DNA of 62,758 nucleotides, from assembly GCA_016934555.1 (NCBI GenBank), contig JAFGSS010000001.1, positions 1 to 62,758 of the forward strand. Direction: 5' to 3'. The translations under genes were made by a program, and so were the position numbers. This DNA comes from Acidobacteriota bacterium (GTDB lineage Bacteria > Acidobacteriota > UBA6911). Below, piece by piece: positions 57,593-62,758 of this stretch. A model generated the notes under the pieces. That model saw nothing but the letters and a program-made list of their open reading frames with translations, did no database searches and was not told the origin of the DNA. How positions within the stretch are numbered: the stretch's first letter is position 1; the number at the start of each line of letters is the position of its first letter.

Positions 57593-58927
57593 CTACCGCG
57601 GCAGCTTCATCCCCTTCATCAGGCGCGGCATGATGCCGCGGCTGAGGCTTCGCATCATTTTCCGGGTTTCGACATACTGCTTGAGCAGCCGGTTGATTTC
57701 GGAAACGGGACGCCCGCACCCCCGGGCGATGCGCTTCTTCCTGCTGCCGTTGAGGATCTGGTGGTTGCCGCGCTCGGCATCCGTCATCGAATCGATGATG
57801 GCCTCGATATGGATCAGTTCCTTCTCGTCCACCTTCATCTGGCCGATGCCGCGCAGCGGCCCCATGTTCGGCAGCATCCCCAGGATCTGCTCCAGGGGGC
57901 CCATTTTCCGGATCTGCTTCAGCTGGTCGCGAAAATCCTCCAGCGTGAACGCGTCCTTGCGGATCTTCTCCGCCATCGCCTCGGCCTGGTCCCGGTCGAC
58001 CGTGTCCTCGGCCTTCTCGATCAGCGACAGGACGTCCCCCATCCCCAGGATGCGGCCCGCCAGCCGGTCGGGGAAAAAGGGCTCGAGCGCCTCGACCTTT
58101 TCCCCCGTCCCCACGAACTTGATCGGCTGCCCGGTCACGCTCTTGATGGAAAGCGCCGCCCCGCCGCGGGCGTCCCCGTCCATCTTGGTCAGGATGACGC
58201 CGGTCAATCCCAGTCTCTCGTGAAACTCCCGGGCGCTGCGGACCGCATCCTGGCCCGTCATGGCGTCCGCGACCAGCAGGATCTCCACCGGGGGGGTCGC
58301 GGTGCGGATCCGGTCCAGTTCCCCCATCATCTCGTCGTCGATGTGAAGCCGTCCGGCCGTGTCGATGACGAGGACGTCGTATCCCCCGTTGCGGGCGTGC
58401 CGCAGCCCCTTTTCGGCCCGGGATACCGGGTCCAGGTCGGCGGGGTCGTCGAAATACCCGAGGCGGTTGGCGGCGCACAACACCCGCAGCTGTTCGACCG
58501 CGGCCGGGCGGTAGACATCGACCGACACCAGCAGGGGGGTGTGGTTGTTCTTCACGAGCCACTGGGCGAGCTTGGCGCTGCTGGTGGTCTTCCCCGATCC
58601 CTGCAGCCCGACCATGAGGAACACGCTCGGCGGCTGCCGCGAAAACCCGAGGCCCGCCTGCTCCCCCCCGAGCAGTTCCACGAGCTCGTCGCGCACCACG
58701 CGGATGACCTGCTGGCCCGGGGTCAGCGACTCGAGCACCTCCTGCCCCAGGGCCCGCTGCTTGACCCGCTCCACGAATTCCTTGGCGAGCTTGAAGTGGA
58801 CGTCGGCGTCGAGCAGGGCGTTGCGGATCTCACGCGCCGTCTCCTCGACGTGGCGTTCCGAGACCCGCCCCTGGCCGCTCAGGTTCCTGAGGATCTTCTG
58901 AAGCTTGTTGGATAGACCGTCCAGCAT
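57593..58927 (-). CDS. ffh: Signal recognition particle protein Ffh
   Basis: N-domain [17 protein letters not shown]-domain [15 protein letters not shown] and DTAGRL, and a Met-rich M-domain. Confidence 0.95.
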   Translation of the reverse strand: MLDGLSNKLQKILRNLSGQGRVSERHVEETAREIRNALLDADVHFKLAKEFVERVKQRALGQEVLESLTPGQQVIRVVRDELVELLGGEQAGLGFSRQPPSVFLMVGLQGSGKTTSSAKLAQWLVKNNHTPLLVSVDVYRPAAVEQLRVLCAANRLGYFDDPADLDPVSRAEKGLRHARNGGYDVLVIDTAGRLHIDDEMMGELDRIRTATPPVEILLVADAMTGQDAVRSAREFHERLGLTGVILTKMDGDARGGAALSIKSVTGQPIKFVGTGEKVEALEPFFPDRLAGRILGMGDVLSLIEKAEDTVDRDQAEAMAEKIRKDAFTLEDFRDQLKQIRKMGPLEQILGMLPNMGPLRGIGQMKVDEKELIHIEAIIDSMTDAERGNHQILNGSRKKRIARGCGRPVSEINRLLKQYVETRKMMRSLSRGIMPRLMKGMKLPR

Positions 58928-59023
58928 ACCTCTTCCCGTCGAAAAAAAGCATAATCATACCTGATTTTTCGGGAAATGCCCTAAAAAGTATGCACCCCCG
59001 GGCCGGGGGCGCGGAATCTTCCA

Positions 59024-59053
59024 TTGGCTTCGGAAAGGTTTGTGGACTAAGAT
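59024..59053 (+). promoter_or_regulatory. Sigma70-like promoter candidate for selB
   Basis: TTGGCT (59024-59029), an 18-nt spacer, then TAAGAT (59048-59053), in the AT-richer ffh/selB divergent region. Confidence 0.3.
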
Positions 59054-59079
59054 GAGGTTTTTTGCGACGTTGGAAACTT

Positions 59080-60978
59080 ATGAGGCACGTAATCGCGGGG
59101 ACGGCGGGGCACATCGACCACGGCAAGAGCGCGCTGGTCCGCGCGTTGACGGGGGTCGATCCCGACCGCCTGAAGGAGGAGCAGCAGCGGGGCATCACGA
59201 TCGACCTGGGGTTCGCCCACCTGGACCTGGGGGACGTCCAGGTCGGGTTCGTCGACGTCCCGGGGCATGAGAAATTCGTCAAGAACATGCTCGCCGGGGT
59301 GGGGGGCATCGACTTCGTGCTCCTGGTCATCGCCGCCGACGAATCGATCATGCCGCAGACACGGGAGCATTTCGACATCTGCCGCCTCCTCGGGGTGAGC
59401 GCCGGGATCGTCGTCATCAACAAGGTCGACCTCGTGGACCCGGAGATGCTGGAATTGGTCGTCGACGAGGTGACCGAAGCGATGGCCGGGTCTTTCCTGG
59501 AAAAAGCCGAAATCATCCCCGTCAGCTCCAGGACCGGCGAGGGGATCGAACGGCTGAAGCGCTCGATCCACGACCTGGCGCTGACCGCAGCCCCACGTCC
59601 CGGCAACCGGCTGCTCCGGCTCCCCATCGACCGTGCCTTCAGCATCCACGGCTTCGGCACCGTGGTGACCGGCACGCTGACCTCGGGCGAGATCCAGAAG
59701 GACCAGGAGATCGAATTCGTGCCGGGCGGTCTGACGGCCAAGGTGCGCGGGCTGCAGGTGCACGGCCGGATGACGGCGCGCGCGGTGGCCGGCCAGCGCA
59801 CGGCGGTCAATCTCCAGGGGATCGACCTCGGGCAGGTGGAGCGCGGAATGGTCGTGACGGTCCCCCGCCTCTTCCGCCCCACGCAGATCCTGGACGTCCG
59901 GTTGTCGCTTCTGCCCGACGCCAAGCCGCTGCGAAACCTGGTCAAGGTCCGCTTCCACCAGGGGACGCTGGAAGTACTCGCGCGCGTCGCCCTCCTCGGA
60001 CAGGACACCCTCGCCCCGGGGGAAACCGCCTACGCCCAGCTGAGGCTGGACGCACCCGCCTTCTGCCTCCATGACGACGCCTTCATCATCCGGCGCTTCA
60101 GCCCCACGATCACCATCGGCGGCGGCCGCGTCCTCCACCCCAACCCGTCCAAGCACAAAAGCACCGACGGGCGCACCCTCGCGGCGCTCAAGGAGCTGGA
60201 CCGGGGGGAGCTCGAGGCCAAGATCCCGGTGCTCGTCGCTACCGATGCCAAGCGGGCGGTGACGGTGGGCGGGCTGAATTCGCTGCTGGGGCTGCCGGGG
60301 CCCGAAATCACCCGGATCTGCGCGGAACTGGCGAAAGCGGGGCGCATCGTCATGATCCCGGCGCCGTCCCCGATCCTGACCCTCCCATCGGTGGTGGCCG
60401 ACCTGCAGAAGGAGACCCTGGCGCGCGTCGCCGCGTTCCACAAGGACAACGAGCTGCAGCGGGGGATATCGAAAGAGGAGCTGCGCAAGCGTTTCTACGA
60501 CGACGTCCCGCTCGAGGTCTTCCGCCACTGCCTCGACCGGATGGTGGAAGCGCGGCAGATCGTTTTCCTGGGGGAGGCGGTCTCCCTGTACGGCAGGGAA
60601 ATCCAGCTGTCGGCGGAGGAGGAAGCACTCCGGGAGATGATCGAGGCCACGGTCCGGCAGGCAGCCTACCAGCCCCCCGCCATGACCGAGCTGCAGGCAT
60701 CCATTCCTGCGGACGCCGAGGGCGTCCGCCGCATCTTCTTCTGGATGCTGAAGGAAAAGATCCTGGTGAAGCTGTCGGACGACCTCATCTATCACCGCGA
60801 GACGCTCGAGGAGATGAAGGGGCGGATCCGGGCGACGTTCGCCCCGGGGGCCCGGTTCGGGGTCGCCGACTTCAAGGATCTCTTCGGCATCACCCGCAAG
60901 CACGCCATCCCGCTGCTCGAGCACTTCGACCGGGAGAAGTTCACGCGCCGCCTGGGCAACGACCGGGTCCTGGTATAG
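59080..60978 (+). CDS. selB: Selenocysteine-specific elongation factor SelB
   Basis: [25 protein letters not shown]...[10 protein letters not shown]...DVPGHEKF...NKVDL. A long C-terminal winged-helix extension (about 630 aa total) is characteristic of SelB rather than EF-Tu. Confidence 0.9.
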   Translation: MRHVIAGTAGHIDHGKSALVRALTGVDPDRLKEEQQRGITIDLGFAHLDLGDVQVGFVDVPGHEKFVKNMLAGVGGIDFVLLVIAADESIMPQTREHFDICRLLGVSAGIVVINKVDLVDPEMLELVVDEVTEAMAGSFLEKAEIIPVSSRTGEGIERLKRSIHDLALTAAPRPGNRLLRLPIDRAFSIHGFGTVVTGTLTSGEIQKDQEIEFVPGGLTAKVRGLQVHGRMTARAVAGQRTAVNLQGIDLGQVERGMVVTVPRLFRPTQILDVRLSLLPDAKPLRNLVKVRFHQGTLEVLARVALLGQDTLAPGETAYAQLRLDAPAFCLHDDAFIIRRFSPTITIGGGRVLHPNPSKHKSTDGRTLAALKELDRGELEAKIPVLVATDAKRAVTVGGLNSLLGLPGPEITRICAELAKAGRIVMIPAPSPILTLPSVVADLQKETLARVAAFHKDNELQRGISKEELRKRFYDDVPLEVFRHCLDRMVEARQIVFLGEAVSLYGREIQLSAEEEALREMIEATVRQAAYQPPAMTELQASIPADAEGVRRIFFWMLKEKILVKLSDDLIYHRETLEEMKGRIRATFAPGARFGVADFKDLFGITRKHAIPLLEHFDREKFTRRLGNDRVLV

Positions 60979-60997
60979 GGGGCGGTCGGGGGATGGA

Positions 60998-61026
60998 TTG
61001 ACATTGATACCTTACTCAAGTACGCT
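60998..61026 (+). promoter_or_regulatory. Sigma70-like promoter candidate for tatA
   Basis: TTGACA (60998-61003), an exact 17-nt spacer, then TACGCT (61021-61026), 30 nt upstream of the ATG. Confidence 0.4.
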
Positions 61027-61055
61027 TGAGACAGTTCGATACTGGAGGCAATAGT

Positions 61056-61235
61056 ATGTTTGGAATGGGAACGACGGAACTGCTCATAGTTCTGGCCATT
61101 GTTGTCCTGATTTTCGGCGTCAATAAGATCCCCCAGCTGGGCAAGGGCCTCGGAGAAGGGATCCGCAACTTCAAATCGGCCATCAAGACCGCCCACGAAG
61201 ACCCGGAAGAAAAACCGAAGCAGGAAAAGCAGTAG
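61056..61235 (+). CDS. tatA: Twin-arginine translocase subunit TatA/E
   Basis: GGAGG lies before the [43 protein letters not shown]. Confidence 0.9.
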   Translation: MFGMGTTELLIVLAIVVLIFGVNKIPQLGKGLGEGIRNFKSAIKTAHEDPEEKPKQEKQ

Positions 61236-61282
61236 CACCCCGCTTTGCATTCACCTCCTCCGGGTGGGCGAGCGGAGCTCCA

Positions 61283-62380
61283 TCAGGCCGGCGGGCCTCC
61301 GGATTTCCGTGCCAGGAAACGCCCGGAATCCCCCCATTCCCCATAGGCGATGGACCCCCCGGACTCCCGGATCCGGGCCTCCAGGAGTTCCACGCTCTCC
61401 TCCGGCGCCTGGTCCAGGCCGGGCTTGTTTTCATACAACAGGTAGTCGTGTCGGTATCTTGCCGGGGTGAGGTTCGGCATGACGACGTTCGCCCCCGCCA
61501 GGATCGCCCTTTCCCTCCCCCCGGGATCGATCGCCTGCATGGCCGTCGTAGCCGCGATATTGATGTCGGGCATCATCACGCGCAGCAGCGCGACCATCCT
61601 CAGGGAGAGCTCGAGCCGTTTTTGGGCGGGCGGAAGCCGCCGCGCGTGGGCGTAAAGGGGGGTGTCGGGGTGTTCGATGTAGGGCCCCATGCCGATCATG
61701 TCCACGTCCAGGTCGCGGAAGAAGAGGAGGTCGTCCGCGAGATCGGCCGCCGTCTGCATAGGCGCGCCGATCATCACGCCCGTCCCCACCTGGTACCCCG
61801 CATCGCGCAGGGCCCCCAGGGCCTCCAGGCGGGAAGCGTGGCGGTGGCGGGCGTCATCCGGGTGGAGCTTCCGGTAGAGGTCGGGGCTCGAGGCCTCGAT
61901 GCGGAGCAGGTAGCGGTGCGCCCCGGCTTCGAACCAGCGGCGGTAGGTGTCGGGCGTCTGCTCCCCGAGGGACAGGGTGACGTGCAGCGCGCCCCCCCCG
62001 AGCGCACGGATGCCCCGGAGGATGCGCTCCATCCTCGCGACGAACGGGGCGTCGTCGCGCTCCCCCGCCTGGATCACGATCGAACCGAAACGGCGCTCGA
62101 ACGCATGGCGGGCGGCGGCGATCGTTTCCTCCTCCGTCATCTCGTATCTCACCGCGGCGGCGTTGCCCGAACGGATGCCGCAGTAGAGACAGTTCTTGGA
62201 ACAGATGTTCGAGTATTCGATCAGGCCGCGCAGGTAGACCCTGCCCCCCACGCCCGAGCGCTTCACCGCCGCGGCCCGCTCAAAAAGCGGCCCGCACTCC
62301 CCTTCGTCCGCTTCCAGCACCCGGATGAGGTCTTCCCGCTCCAGGCTCTCCTTCCCCAGGATCTCCGCGATCGATTTCAT
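61283..62380 (-). CDS. hydE: HydE-like radical SAM enzyme ([FeFe]-hydrogenase maturase family; BioB/PylB-related)
   Basis: YLRGLIEYSNICSKNCLYCGIRSGN...RYEMTEEE...VIQAGE...GVMIG...NVVMPNLTP...YENKP. ATG at 62380. Confidence 0.6.
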   Translation of the reverse strand: MKSIAEILGKESLEREDLIRVLEADEGECGPLFERAAAVKRSGVGGRVYLRGLIEYSNICSKNCLYCGIRSGNAAAVRYEMTEEETIAAARHAFERRFGSIVIQAGERDDAPFVARMERILRGIRALGGGALHVTLSLGEQTPDTYRRWFEAGAHRYLLRIEASSPDLYRKLHPDDARHRHASRLEALGALRDAGYQVGTGVMIGAPMQTAADLADDLLFFRDLDVDMIGMGPYIEHPDTPLYAHARRLPPAQKRLELSLRMVALLRVMMPDINIAATTAMQAIDPGGRERAILAGANVVMPNLTPARYRHDYLLYENKPGLDQAPEESVELLEARIRESGGSIAYGEWGDSGRFLARKSGGPPA

Positions 62381-62393
62381 GCCCCTTCCCTTC

Positions 62394-62726
62394 TCAGCAC
62401 GGCGGGTCGAGGGGGGCGGCCGCCTCGCCGAGCCAGGCAAGGTAATCACCGTCGCCGGCGGTGATCGGCAGGGCGGCTATTTCGGGAACCTCGTAGGTGT
62501 GCAGGCGGCGGATCTCCCGGCGCACCGCCTCGAAATTTTCCGCACGGGTCTTGACCAGCAGCAGGCACTCCGGCTCCCGGCATACGTCCCCCTTCCAGCG
62601 GTAGACGCTCTCGACGCCGGGGACGATGTTGACGCAGGCGGCCAGGCGTGCCTCGACGAGCGCGCGCGCGATCCCTTCCGCCGATTCCGCGCCGTCGGTG
62701 GCGCACAAAACGACGATTTCGCCCAT
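62394..62726 (-). CDS. cutA: Divalent-cation tolerance protein CutA
   Basis: LVEARLAACVNIVPGVESVYRWKGDV...LLLVKT...HTYEVPEI. Confidence 0.85.
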   Translation of the reverse strand: MGEIVVLCATDGAESAEGIARALVEARLAACVNIVPGVESVYRWKGDVCREPECLLLVKTRAENFEAVRREIRRLHTYEVPEIAALPITAGDGDYLAWLGEAAAPLDPPC

Positions 62727-62758
62727 ATCCGGCTTCCTTGAGTGTTGCATCGGCCCCC

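Noticed and set aside
1-62758. CRISPR arrays, rRNA/tRNA genes, transposases, integrases and prophage genes
   Set aside because: I scanned both strands. I found no regularly spaced direct repeats, no tRNA cloverleaf candidates in intergenic regions, and no DDE, tyrosine or serine recombinase motifs in any sizeable ORF.

Overview
The window is a GC-rich, densely packed bacterial chromosomal segment with about 58 protein-coding genes on both strands. I found no rRNA, tRNA, CRISPR array, transposase or integrase. Many long Arg/Pro/Gly-rich ORFs in the six-frame track lie antisense or out of frame to clearly recognisable genes, and I treat them as GC artefacts.

Recognisable content:
- Housekeeping block rplS-trmD-rimM-KH-rpsP-ffh.
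- Complete [NiFe]-hydrogenase maturation set hypA-B-F-C-D-E, plus a separate HydE-like radical SAM gene.
- Compact murG(HEAT-extended)-mraY-murJ module.
- Archaeal-type topoisomerase VI (top6B/top6A).
- SelB, TatA, GpmA, PlsC, ThiE and ZupT.
- Several peptidases (M49-like, M23, M28, DmpA/S58).
- A PAS-GAF-GGDEF cyclase.

Most notable observations:
1. A single uninterrupted ORF of about 2268 codons fuses a TamB/AsmA-like (DUF490) protein to a POTRA plus Omp85 beta-barrel. The result is one polypeptide with an inner-membrane anchor at one end and an outer-membrane barrel at the other.
2. Three genes are split by the ORF track at in-frame TGA codons that fall exactly on redox-motif cysteine positions (W-U-P-S-C thioredoxin-like, G-G-U-S-G HesB/IscA-like, H-U-S-S-C UGSC-like). 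Each has a candidate downstream SECIS hairpin, and selB lies in the same window, so they are probable selenoproteins.
3. A COG1964/Tes-like radical SAM gene, which may encode a membrane-spanning lipid synthase.
4. A baeRF (bacterial eRF1-like) gene flanked by copies of a repeated palindromic element, GGGGACAGTCACCGGTGTCCCC, that abuts stop codons at several loci.

All functional calls rest on motifs read from the translations. No database search was run.
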